This document shows positions 1 to 12,911 of a DNA stretch of 64,000 nt, in pieces; position 1 is the first letter of the stretch; each line of letters begins with the position of its first letter. The stretch is from assembly GCF_006345805.1 (NCBI RefSeq), contig NC_042997.1, positions 174,840,001-174,904,000 of the forward strand. The letters are read 5' to 3'. The position numbers and the translations under genes were made by a program. The notes below the pieces were generated by a model. The model saw only the letters and a list, made by a program, of their open reading frames with translations, did no database searches and had not been told where the DNA came from. This stretch comes from Octopus sinensis. Lineage: Eukaryota.

Positions 1-31
1 TATTATATACACACATATATATGTATATATG

Positions 32-93
<62 letters not shown>

Positions 94-2650
94 TTAATAT
101 ATATATATATATATGTTATATATCATTCATTCATTCACTTATCTCCTTATCTTTCTATTCCACCTAACTTTCAATTACAGCATCTTGTTATCTCCATACC
201 TTTCTAGCATGCCTGTCTCTATCTTTTTGGAACTCAAACTTCCTATCTATTTCTGTAACTGTTTACCTAGTCACTCGCAATATCGTTTCACAAGCTAACA
301 AAAGTTGCTACCTCTGGAGATAGAGAGCTAGCATCAACGTACCTACCACATAAATGGATGTATGTAACGATGGGTGAATGTCACTGCATTCTACCTTTAT
401 CTGACCATACTCTTGTTTTCCATTATTGTATTTCAATGAAAATGCATAAAAGTACTTCTGTTTTGATAATAATGTAGCTACCTCTCTAAATATCGCAAGG
501 AAACTGTCCACTAATTTGTGAATCTAAGGAGCTGGACATTTCAGTTGTCAATCTAGACATTTTGACAAGAGACATTTCGAGTAATTGCTATTTGATTATT
601 TATAAGGCAAAAAATTGTTATTTGCCCTGTGTAGGGTGAGAGCTGAAACGATGACTTATATATTTTCTTTTATTTCTATTCATATTAATAAAAGTATTTT
701 ATTTATACATTCCAGCAGACTCGAGCGCAAGTATGCAAGTCCTTGCTATATGCAACACAGGAGAACTTCTCCTGCGTCCGACGACAATTTGTTCATAACT
801 CTGTCGTTTCACTGGCAGAAGGAATTCTGACACACTGGTGTTTCGACATTTTGCTTCTCGTCACCCAGACGTACTAGGACCAGTGATTCTAAACAAGCCA
901 GTGACTTTGTAATTTCAGTGAACAAATCGCGTGCTGATATCTGACAATCGTGAATAAGGTATTTTGATCAAAATGGACGCTGATTTAGGTTAGATGCGTT
1001 CGTTCACCTAACGATATCGTTACAATTTCGGAGAATGACTTGAGTGTAGCGTTGTGATTCAAACTTATGGCAAGTTGGTGGTAAAGCTATAAGATAATAA
1101 ATCATTTGGTTCATGCCTTATTTACTTCAAATTCATCCTCCTATTTCTAGAATTCAAACCCCTGCAGATTCCACTCTTCCAAGATTGCTAAAATATGTTC
1201 TAACTGTCGGAGTTGTTCTTTAGCTCCAGATCTGGACTAATCGAGAAGCAGACCTATGAGATCAAAGTAGTTCAATTCCAAACCTTGGCAGTCTCGTTTT
1301 TCTATTTGCCCAAAACCACATTAATCTACGTAGCCTTCCTTTTTTTAAAACTACAAAGTTATATGAGGAAGATTCGGATAGTATTTATAGCAGGTCATGG
1401 GGCAACGTCATTGTTCTCTTATACAGGAATGCACTTATGTTGATTACATCGAGTATAGCACATCTTTGAGTTGTGGATTGCCTGAATTGTTGAGCTAAAA
1501 CATAATATCCTGCCATGTATGGACATGTGTCTTTGCGTTTTGAGCAGTTCAAATGCCGCTAGATCGAATTTGCTTTTAATTTTTCTTGAAGGCAATGAAG
1601 TAAATACCAGTGATGTGCTGGTGACTGATTTAATCGATTGTAGCCTTCTACCAAATATTTTAACATTTTAAAATATAAGAATTCAGAGCTGCTGGGAGTT
1701 TCAGTGACATGATTTATTGGTGTAAGAAATAGATCGTTGACATAGCATATAGCAGAACCTAAGTACGCAAATCGTTGTCCAGTGCGTCAAAGAAGAATTT
1801 TTCTCTTGTACGATTATAATGTGTCCATAACGCACTCCGATCACTGGAGCAATGGATTTAGGGGTATCAGTGTTTTGACATTTTTTACCCAGAAGTAGCC
1901 TATGAGGTGTCGCATACATGCATACACACATACGTACGTACATACATACATACATACATACATACATACATACATACATACATACATACATACATACATA
2001 CATCTGCATATGTATATATACATACATATAATATGCGTGTTTGCTTAAATATTTACTCGTTTATATTTGCACATGTATATGTACATATACATGAACATAT
2101 ATGTATACATACATGTATTATATATAAATACATATATACATTCCTATGTAAACTATTTACATATATTTTTTATGCATATGCTTGATATAAATGTCTGTGT
2201 GTATATTAATGTAAATACTTTACGAAATTCAAAATTACTGAAGGATTTTTCATAAAATAAAACGTGTGTATGCTACTCGAGATAAATTTAAAAGCAGGTA
2301 GAGTAACTAACATTATGTTTCTGTATAAAATGCAACTTCCGCCGATCTTAACATAACGTAAGAGAGCTAGCTGTCTTGTTGAGATGTGTAGCTGATATGT
2401 TTATTAGCTAATTGCAGTCATCCATCATCGACTTGAGCGAAGTGTTTGAAATAAAACCGGTTTACATTTAACATAAAATCCGTAACAATAAGTGTCTGAA
2501 GTTTGACTGTTTCATAGCTTCAATAACACATTTCACCGGCATTTTTATGTCTTTCGTTCAACAAGCGTGGCAACCGACGCTGCCATTGCAGTGAGAGAAA
2601 CATTTCATATATGTGCCAGATTATCTGTACTAAAGTCTTGTTTGATAATA

Positions 2651-2676
2651 ATGGCGGCTGTTAACAGTCAATTACG
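2651..2676 (+). other. Candidate upstream exon end: ATG in strong context followed by a 5' splice site (MAAVNSQL-)
   Basis: AATAATGGCGGCT (also YY1-like) at 2647-2659; TTACG|GTAAGC donor at 2677; unique non-repeat DNA. Confidence 0.3.
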
Positions 2677-3819
2677 GTAAGCTTGTCTACCATGTTGAAT
2701 CCAGCGGAAACAGTCGCCATTCCTCTTGTAAAATGATGGCTTTCTACTAATAGATATTGGTGCTGATTAAAAACTAAAAACAAAACAAAAATCAAGTCAG
2801 TGGTTTCTAACATAAAGGAGTGAGGAAGGCTGAGTTTAAAATATAGTTCTAACTTGAATGGCGTAATGTTGTATTAAATAAAGTAGCACTTAGAAATTAA
2901 TGCAGCGTTAAAAATGTTTATGTATAAATTAACGACTGTTCCTCTTCTTTCAGCTTCTCCACTATTCTCTCTTTCTCTTTCTCTCCCTCCCTCTCTCTCT
3001 CTCCCTCCCTCTCTCTTTCTCTCTCTCTCTCTCTCTCTTGCTCGCTCTCTCGCCCTCTAAATCTATCTTTCTATCTATCTAGCTATCTAGTAAGTTAGCT
3101 ATGACCCTTTTCCACTATCTTGCACTGGCTTTATTTCTTTGACTATCATTCTGATTAACTCTCTTTCTATTTATCTATTTCCTTGCTTCTTGATATATAA
3201 ACATATATATATATATATATATGATTATTGCTCAGTTAATGATGAATTCCAATCAACTGTGCATTATATTTGGAATGTTAAATGGCAATAGAACTATTAA
3301 AAAGAACGAGTGACTCCTGCCAAGACAACGCTGAAAATGCTAGGAATTATTATTATAGAAATAATAATAAAAGCCAAAAATAATACATGAAGTTAAAACA
3401 AAAGCAAAAGCAGGGATAAACTATCGCTCGACGTTCTGGAAATACCAGCCAAATCATCATAAAATTATACAGTTGCATTTGTTAGGTAACCTTTAGGAAA
3501 TCTTCGAATGTAAAGGTTTACTCTATTCGAGTTTTTGTTGTCTGTTACCCAGATTTATATGAAACTTCTTTCCATGCTCTGATGAGTGGATTAAAGAAAA
3601 TATCAGCGTCGCTGTTTTACTTTACGTAAGAGACCTACATTTATATGTCTTATCGTGTTTGTTTGTGCGTCTGTTTAAATACATACGCATATATACACAT
3701 ATACTGATTTAACTACACACTTTACGCAGTTAACTTAACTACATATAAGTAGTTTTCTGGTTAATATATCTACTTTATCATTGATATAGCTGCAGCTATC
3801 AATGAATTATGTGTTCCTC

Positions 3820-4037
3820 ATCATTGAGTGCCAGTTTAAAGTCTTAAAGCTTCATGGAAGTCTCGAATATGTGGTGTAATTTATTTGGGAAAAGAATTAT
3901 TTTTAAATGCAATTCTTTTCCCATATAAATTACACTCAGTTATGAGTCTCTTGTATCTTATGGAAGAAACAGTTGTAAGCTAATGCAGTTTATTTCTTTA
4001 AATTTATTTCTTTCTCATCTTAGTTTCTTATATATAT

Positions 4038-4079
<42 letters not shown>

Positions 4080-4194
4080 ATATATAAGGATAAGGTCGTT
4101 ATTTAAAATACCGATCTTATCATGTGGCTAACATGAGAATAAAAACCTCAAAGGTAATAATTAATTATTAAAATTGTAATTAATTATAATGATA

Positions 4195-4236
<42 letters not shown>

Positions 4237-4947
4237 AAATAACGTATAAATATATGCATATACACATACATATATGTACATACCTACATATATATGTATA
4301 CATACATGCATATATGGGTACAGGACATCAAAAAATCGTTGAACATAAGGAGAAACGAAAACATAAAAACAAAAACTTAAAAACGATCTTTTTTTCGAAC
4401 AACGAAAAAAAAAAAAGAGAAAAACGAGACATGCAACATAAAGAATATTCTCCTTCTTCAGTTGTCCCTGTTTCGTCAACTCCGCGTTAAGAAGACAAGG
4501 ACAATACGCGACTTCATTGAAACAGTCCTTCCCGCAAAGCAAATTAAATAAAATTTGGGATTTTTTGCGGAGGGTGAAAGTGGTAACAAGAACAGGACAG
4601 CGAGAACAAAATAGTAAAAACAAACGGAAGTTATTATGGACGCAAGGAAGACGAACTTATGAGAGGAGACAGTATAAACACGTGTTGTTTTTAGGAAGGT
4701 AATGGGCAGAAAGATAGATTCTCTTTCGTCACGTGTCAGCGACGAGATAAGAAACTAAGATGACAAAGAAGTAAACTTCATTAGCTTACAACTGTTTCTT
4801 CTTCCATAAGATGCTGTAGACTCATAAGTGAGTGTAATTTATTTGAGGAAAAGAATTGCATTTAAATATAATTCGTTTCCCTAGTAAATTACGCCCCATA
4901 TTCGAGGCTTCCATGAAGCTTTAAGACTTTACGCTGGCACTCAATCA
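3820..4947. mobile_element. Foldback/MITE-like unit or inverted pair of one short repeat, arms ~200 bp
   Basis: 3820-4030 is the reverse complement of 4747-4947 at roughly 85% identity by eye. Confidence 0.6.
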
Positions 4948-5333
4948 TGTGTCCACTGCATCTTGTGATGGGAACTGCTGTAAACTAATGAAGATCCTGC
5001 GACTATCGTTAATTCCTTCGTCATTTTATTTTCTTATTAATGCTCTGTACTCTTCAAACGATTCATTCTGAAGCATCGTGATATTGAGTTCTAAACCAGG
5101 CTTAGTCTCGCAATGCGAAATATAGCGTTTTTATACAAAATGCCATAGACTAGCTTTCATTCCGAAGAGTTATTCAATCTAATTTTTTTCTTCTTCAGTG
5201 ACTAGAGGCTTCTTATTGAATCTGAAAGATTTAGGAGTTTGTTTCAAGGGTTTACCAATCAAATAGGCTATACGACAACGTGTGGGTCATTGAGCCCAGA
5301 CAAATATTTAAAGGCTAGTGAAGTGGTAGTCAT

Positions 5334-5741
5334 ACTCTCTTTTTACTCTTTTACTTGTTTCAGTCATTTGACTGCGGCCATGCTGGAGCACCGCCTTTTG
5401 TCGAGCAAATCGACCCCAGGACTTATGCTTTTCGAAGCCTAGTACTTATTCTATCGGCCTCTTTTGCCGAACCGCTAAGTTACGGGGACGTAAACACACC
5501 AGAATCGGTCGTCAACCGATGTTGGGGGGGACAAACACAGACGCACAAACATATACACACACACATATATACATATATACGACAGGCTTCTTTCAGTTTC
5601 CGTCTACCAAATCCACTCAAAAGGCTTTGGTCAGCCCGAGGCTATAGTAGAAGACACTTGCCCAAGGTGCCACGCAGTGAGACTGAACCCGGAACCATGT
5701 GGCTGGTAAGCAAGCTACTTACCACAGAGCCACTCCTGCGC
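5334..5741 (-). mobile_element. SINE-A (tRNA head + CORE-like domain), near full length
   Basis: Minus strand: GGCTCTGTGGTAAGTAGCTTGCTTACC box A/B head, CCTTGGGCAAGTGTCTTCTACTATAGCC core, (GAGTAAAA)n tail; multiple copies in window. Confidence 0.9.
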
Positions 5742-6120
5742 ATCTTGTTCTTAGCGTTTGCGGTGTTTCGTTGTTTTGTGTATCATTTAAACATCCTCTG
5801 TAACATGCTGCAAAGTATCTGTACAATATGTACGATAGTACGATATCAATGCATAATTCTTAACCAGGCTCTTCCAGTGCAGAAATCTCCGGGGTTCCAA
5901 TCAGAAACAGAAACTTCACACACGATAGATTCACAAAGAATACTTTCTTTTCTGAAAGTGTGTAACTATAAACAGAATGGTATATTAAATTGCGGGAAAT
6001 GTAACTGAATATAAAATAATTGTCACGCATATCCCAGTAGAATGTGATTATAAGGTGACTATAATAACAACATACTTTTTGTTATTGGATTAAATTTTCA
6101 AAATATTTTTAGAATTATCT

Positions 6121-6483
6121 CTTTCTCTCTTTTACTTGTTTCAGTCATTTGACTGCGGCCATGCTGGAGCACCACCTTTAATCGAGCAACTCGACCCCAG
6201 GACTTATTCTTTGTAAGCCCAGTACTTATTCTATCGGTCTCTTTTTTGCCAAACCGCTAAGTTACGGGGACGTAAACACACCAGCATCGGTTGTCAAGCG
6301 ATGCTAGGGGGACAAACACAGACACACAAACACACACATATATATATATACATATATACGACAGGCTTCTTTCAGTTTCCGTCTACCAAATTCACTCACA
6401 AGGCATTGGTCGGCCCGGGGCTATAGCAGAAGACACTTGCCCAAGATGCCACGCAGTGGGACTGAACCCGGAACCATGTGGTG
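6121..6483 (-). mobile_element. SINE-A, head truncated
   Basis: Same consensus as 5334-5741. Confidence 0.9.
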
Positions 6484-6824
6484 TAAATAAATATAATAGT
6501 CCATTCATTAGTTGTTTGGTAAATATGATATAACACCATTGTAATAAAAATACACATTCAAGATAAAGGATCAGTGGTTCTAATTTTTTATCCATCCTTC
6601 CAAGAACACCTTAGAGTCTTCATGCACGAAACGGTATGGAATGGTTTTGAGGGTCGTTTGGCAGTTATTTCTAACAAGTCGATAGACCACCTAGAAGTTC
6701 TTTTAGACGTTGGTGATAATTCTGTGCTTTTGCGTACTATGTGCATGGTTTGTCGTGTTTGTTTCAGATTGTGTACTTGAATGTGTGTTGTACACGCATG
6801 CGTGCATCTACAAGTGTGAGTGTT

Positions 6825-6825
<1 letters not shown>

Positions 6826-6863
<38 letters not shown>

Positions 6864-6970
6864 AGATGTGTCTGTATATGTTTTGTGAGCGATTGCAGGT
6901 GCATATGCATGTTTGGGTATTTTATGCATATACAGAAAGAAAAACAATATCAACGAAATAGTAGTAGTAT

Positions 6971-7023
<53 letters not shown>

Positions 7024-7140
7024 ATGGTGGTGGTGGCGGCGGAGGCGGTGGCGGTGGTGGGTTGCTGGTGGTGTGGTAGTAGTAGTATAGTAGTAGTTGT
7101 GGTGGTAGTGGTGGTGGTGGTGGTGGTGGCAGCGGCTGCG
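6826..7140. repeat. (GT)n, (AGT)n and (GGT/GGC)n microsatellite cluster
   Basis: Direct reading. Confidence 0.95.
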
Positions 7141-7944
7141 ATTGCTGGTAGTTGTAGAAAAAAACAGACAGACAGAGCAGTCAGACAGATCAACAGACAG
7201 AGAGATAGGAGGTAGTCAAAGCGAAACATACCATTTTTTTTTATTTCTCACCGACCTCGGCGAATATTTTGAGATTTTTTTCTTTCATTTTTTTTTTCTT
7301 TTTCTATTTATCCAGTATTTATTTATGTTTTTATTCTTATTTATTTATTGTTGATCGTTTTTGTCTTTCCCCCTTTCTGAATTCGTGAATTTTATTCATA
7401 CATTTATTTATTTATATATTTATTTATTTGGCAGGAGAAAAAAATAGAAGAAAATATGCGACGGCTATCATCTTTTACTTGAAAAAAAGTGTATAAAAAG
7501 ACTCGCATACCCTTTGCTCTAACTGATTCTATCAAGAAACAGAGAATTTCTCCATTCTAAGCAAACTAGTTTTATCTATTTATTTATTTATTTATTTATT
7601 TATTTATCTATTTATTTATATATTTATTTATGCGTATACGTATATGTGTGAGTTTTTTAAAATTTTTGTTCGTTTATACATATATTTATAAAGGGATGGA
7701 TGGATGGATGGATGAATGGATGGATGGATAGATATGAAAGACTATATTTTTGTGTAGATATACACATATGCGTGTGTGTGTGTGTATGTGTATGTGTGAG
7801 ACTGATTGCGTTTGTGTGCGAGCTTGTGAGTTTGTATATGTATATGTGTATGGCATGTGCTACGTATGTGTATATTTTTGTATACATATATATATGTATA
7901 TGTATGCATATATATATATATATATATGTGTATATATGTGTCTG

Positions 7945-8120
7945 TGTCACTGCCGTACGTTCTGAGTTCAAATTCCGCCGAGGTCGACTTCGCCTTTCAT
8001 CCTTTCGGGGTCGATAAATTAAGTACCAGTTACGCACTGGGGTCGATATAATCGATTTACCCCTTTGTCAGTCCTTGTTTGTCCCCTCTATGTTTAGCCC
8101 CTTGTGGGCAATAAAGAAAT
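7945..8120 (+). mobile_element. SINE-B (tRNA head + Meta-like domain), 5' truncated
   Basis: GAGTTCAAATTCCGCCGAGGTCGACTTCGCCTTTCATCCTTTCGGGGTCGATAAATTAAGTACCAG; tail TGTGGGCAATAAAGAAAT. Confidence 0.85.
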
Positions 8121-8822
8121 AATATGTGTTTGTGTATGTGTGTGTGTGCGTGTGTGTCTGCGTGTGTGTGTGTGTACGTGTATATACACACACACATATA
8201 TTTACATATATGCTTGAGTGAACGGTTAAGGACTTCACTTCGATACCACGGCATCTCGAGTTCGATTCTAATGCTTGCAATTTCACCAAGTGGGATTTCT
8301 ATAGTCTTACGAGAGAAATTGCGCACTCGGAAATCACATACCCTGTATCACGCATTATGTCACTCTGATTATGCAAAATAATTGTGCTAAAGATGTCTAC
8401 AGAACGCTCAACCATTTACACGTTAATTGAAGAGCAGATCGATCGACTTAATCTTCATCGTCGAACGACAAAGACTCATTACCATTCTATGATCTAATTA
8501 CGTTTTGTGGTGTTGTGTGTGTCTGTGTGTCTGTGTGATAATTATATTTGTCGAAGAATTTGTACGTATCCATACATCTATATGATGTATATATATGTGT
8601 GTTTGTATGTATGTATGTATGTATGTATGTATGTATGTATGTATGTATGTATGTATGTATGCATGTATGTATGCATGCATGTATATGTAAATGTTATTGG
8701 AAATATACATACATGCGTACATGCATGTGTACACGTGAATGTATGAGTTAATGTTGCTTGACTACCTCTAAGTTTTAGTTTATATTACTGTTTCTATAAT
8801 AATAATAATAATAATAATAATA

Positions 8823-8857
<35 letters not shown>

Positions 8858-8877
8858 TATTATTATTATTATTATTT

Positions 8878-9341
8878 ACTCTTACTCTTTTTTACTCTTT
8901 TACTCGTTTCAGTCATTTGACTGCGGCCACGCTGAAGCACTGCCTTTAGTCGAGCAAATCGACCCCAGGACTTATTCTTTGTAAGCCTAGTACTTATTCT
9001 ATCGGTCTCTTTTGCTGAACCGCTAGGTTACTGGGACGTAAACACACCAGCATCGTTTGTCAAGCAATGTTGGTGGGGGGGGACAAATACAGACACACAC
9101 ATATACATATACATATATACGACGGGCTTCTTTCAGTTTCCGTCAACCAAATCCACTCACAAGGCTTTGGTCGGCCCGAGGCTATAGTAGAAGATAGAAG
9201 ACACTTGCCGAAGGTGCCACGCAGTGGGACTAAACCTGGAACTATGTGGTTGGAAGCAAGCTATTTTATTTCATTAAGACTTGCCATTAAGATTTGCCAT
9301 AAAGTAAGCAAGCTACTTACCACACAGCCACTCCTGCGCCT
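8878..9341 (-). mobile_element. SINE-A carrying a 42-bp insertion in its head
   Basis: Consensus match; AAGCAAGCTA duplicated at 9254-9263 and 9306-9315. Confidence 0.9.
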
Positions 9342-9367
9342 ATTATTATTATTATTGTTATTATTAT

Positions 9368-9472
<105 letters not shown>

Positions 9473-9794
9473 CTATTATCATCATCATCATTATTTTTAT
9501 TATTATCATCTTCATCATCATCATCGTCATTATTATTATCTTGATAGAGAGGTGGGAAATTTGTTTTTTAAGTTTATGTTTACGTCATGTTTCTTTGGTA
9601 TTCTTTGGCAGGTGATAGTTTTTTGAAGTTGTTTCTGTACAGTACATTGAAGAAGAGGAAGTGCAAGAGAAGCAGGAGAAGGCAGAGGAGAAGAAGGTGG
9701 AGGAGACGAATAATAAATATACAATATATTTAGACTGCGAGCTATTTTTATATTTATTTTCATTTATCGTTTTAGTAATTTCCTATTAATATTA

Positions 9795-10135
9795 GTGAAG
9801 GCGCATGGCTCAGTGGTTAGAGCGTCGAGCTTACGATCGTGAGGTTGTGAGCTCGAATCCCGGACCGGGCTGCGTGTTGTGTTCTCGAGCAAGGCACTTT
9901 ATTTCACGTTGCTCCAGTTCACTCAGCTGTATAAATGAGTTGCGACGTCACAGGTGCCAAGCTGTATCGACCTTTGTCTTTCCCTTGGATAACACTGGTG
10001 GCGTGGAGAGTGGAGGCTGGTATGCATGGGCAACTAGTGGTCTTCTATAAACAACCTTGTCCAGAGTTGTGCCTTGGAGGGTAACTTTCTAGGTGCAATC
10101 CCATGGTCATTCATGACCGAAGGGGGTCTTTACCC
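9795..10135 (+). mobile_element. tRNA-derived SINE, family C
   Basis: Box A TGGCTCAGTGGTTAG, box B-like GCTCGAATCCC, then GTGTTCTCGAGCAAGGCACTTTA core-like block; no tRNA acceptor 3' end. Confidence 0.8.
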
Positions 10136-10655
10136 TATTAATATTAATAGTTTTAATTTATATTTTTCAATTGTTTTATTCATATTACGCATTTCCACTG
10201 AGCAATCGCCTACAATTATGTGTTCCTAAGATAGTGCAGAGTTTTGTGTGGTTCTTTTTTCTTATTACTTTAATTTTTTTTTTAATTTTACCACTGAACA
10301 AATATGTGGGCACTGCTTAGTTGTACAGTTTTCTCCGTTGAGGTGTATATTAAAAATCTTAGGGGTTCTGTATAATAAATCCTGATATTCCTATATCATA
10401 AATGCTGATGTTAATTTTTTTAAGATTTGTTCACATGCTTTCTTTTAAGACATGTTATTAGAATTGTTTCTATTTTTAATCTTCCCTGTCTTATCTCTAT
10501 TTTTAAATCCAAATATTTGGTTGATTTTTTTCCATTCCTTTCACAGATACACAGTCGCCGCCTATTGGTGCTGATAATTCGATCAGATGACACTTCTTTT
10601 TCTGGTTCTTGAAACAATATCCAATTGACTGACCTTGTTCTCATTGACTGTGTAG

Positions 10656-10708
10656 ATTGGCGTACCTCAGAGTATGGATGCTTTGTCATTCTCTGAGCTT
10701 TTTGTCAG
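10656..10708 (+). CDS. Candidate exon A of unidentified gene (IGVPQSMDALSFSELFV-R); alternative upstream acceptor at 10547
   Basis: CTGAC branch-like motif + TGTAG acceptor; ATG at 10674 in AGTATGG context; CAG|GTATAT donor, phase 2 matches exon B. Confidence 0.45.
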
Positions 10709-11039
10709 GTATATGGCTTAAAAGCCTCTTTTCTCTTAGTTATTTCAAAATACTGCGACAACTTACTGTGTCTGTAGACATATTATAAGTGCAGGCATGT
10801 CTGTGTGGCTAATGGAGCTTGCTTTGCCACCACATGCGAGTCACTCAGCACAAGTGTCTTCTACTATAACCTCTAACCGATCAATGATTCATGAGTGAAT
10901 TTGGTGGACAGAAACTGTGTGAAATCCGGAAAGCGTAGTGTGTTATGTGGTCAGTTTAATGGTATTGTCCATGTCACAGGGGTCAGAAGTTAGAGGCTAA
11001 CCGCTATTTAATAGATATAAAAGAGGTTGGCGGAAATAA

Positions 11040-11143
11040 AAGTACCAGGTACGTACTGAGGTCGATGTAATCGACTTAATCCCTTTGTCTGTCCTTGTTT
11101 GTCCCCTCTATGTTTCGCCCCTTGTGGGCAATAAAGAAATAAG
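11040..11143 (+). mobile_element. SINE-B 3' part
   Basis: GGTCGATGTAATCGACTTAATCCC...TGTGGGCAATAAAGAAAT. Confidence 0.8.
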
Positions 11144-11394
11144 AAATAACTTAAATTAAACCTGTTAGGGGAAATTTAATACAAAAATATATCAATGAAA
11201 GAAAAATTAGGTAAAACCTTAGTGCGATCTTATCATTGTTACTTATTGTTACTTACTGTATATCACTGACGTGATGAAACGGCTGTAAGAATTTAGTATT
11301 TGTACATACATCTATTAATCATTTATATATATACATACATATATATTATTATATATATTATATATATATATTAATATAATATATATATATATAA

Positions 11395-12095
11395 TATATA
11401 TATATATGTTTACATATTTATTGACTTAATTCATTCGTTTACGTGAATCACTTACACATATGGTTGCAATCAATAATAAATAGATATATTGAATGTTATA
11501 CTGCCTGATGTTTGTCGATTGTTTATCCTCTCCATTTGCCTTATAAATCCTGGGTAAATTTATAATTACCTCCACCCATACCTAGTATTCAATTGTGATA
11601 TTGCCATGGAATAGTAAGCACTTGGTTATAAATACGTAGGTACACTTCCAGTAGCATATTGGATAATTAATATACCTCAAACTCATATAGACAAACACAC
11701 ACACACACAACACACACACACATATATATACATACATATATATATATATATATTATATATATAATATATATATAATATATATTATATTATATATATATAT
11801 ATATATATATGTTTACATATTTATTGACTTAATTCATTCGTTTACGTGAATCCTTACACATATGGTTGCAATCAATAAATAAATAGATATAATTGAATGT
11901 TTACTGCCTGATGTTTGTCGATTGTTTATCCTCTCCATTTGCCTTATAAATCCTGGGTAAATTTATAATTTACCTCCACCCATACCTAGTATTCAATTGT
12001 GATATTGCCATGGAATAGTAAGCACTTGGTTATAAATACGTAGGTACACTTCCAGTAGCATATTGGATAATTAATATACCTCAAACTCATATAGA

Positions 12096-12150
<55 letters not shown>
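11395..12150. repeat. Tandem duplication of ~340 bp unique sequence separated by (AT)n
   Basis: ~11405-11730 repeated at ~11808-12150, differing mainly by 1-bp indels. Confidence 0.85.
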
Positions 12151-12152
<2 letters not shown>

Positions 12153-12354
12153 TTGACTATGTCTATGCCTGAGCACCGTATTTAGTCGAGCAAATCGACC
12201 CCATGACTTATTCTTTGTAAGTCTAGTACTTATTTTATTGCTCTCTTTGCCGAACTGCTAGCTTACGAAGTCGTAAATACACTAGCATCGGTTGTCAAAC
12301 GATGTTGGTGTACAAACATAGACACACAAAACATATACATATATATATGTATGC

Positions 12355-12385
<31 letters not shown>

Positions 12386-12578
12386 ATATATATATAATAG
12401 ATATATATATATACGACGGGCTTCCTTCGGTTTCCGTCTACCAATCCACTCACAAGGTTTTCGTCGGCTCAGTGCTATGGTAGAAGACACTTGCCCAAGG
12501 TGCCACACAGTAGGAGACTGAACCCGGAACTATGTGGTTGGTAAGCAAGCTACTGATCACACAGTCACTTCTGCGCTT
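12153..12578 (-). mobile_element. SINE-A
   Basis: Consensus match. Confidence 0.85.
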
Positions 12579-12580
12579 AA

Positions 12581-12611
<31 letters not shown>

Positions 12612-12873
12612 CTATATATAATTTACATACATATATATATATATATATTATATATAAATGTCATATATATATATATATATATATATTATAATATTATATA
12701 TATATATATATATATAATATATATGTATATATATACTTATATATATACATATATATATGTACACATATATATCTGCATCCAGATATATATTTACATTAAC
12801 TGAGTTTTGATGTGTGCATCTGTGGGGTAATCTGCGAAACAAACAACACCAACATAATAATAATAATAATAAT

Positions 12874-12911
<38 letters not shown>

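Noticed and set aside
3575-4500. Hammerhead ribozyme cores (CTGATGA at ~3579, CTGAAGA on minus at ~4460)
   Set aside because: No stem II closing onto GAAA and no stem I/III geometry
9795-9870. tRNA gene
   Set aside because: Box A/B present but runs into SINE body; no proper acceptor stem or terminator. Same for 25527 and other SINE heads
10548-10577. Selenocysteine codon (WC-TGA)
   Set aside because: TGA is followed immediately by TAA and further stops; no redox motif or SECIS recognised
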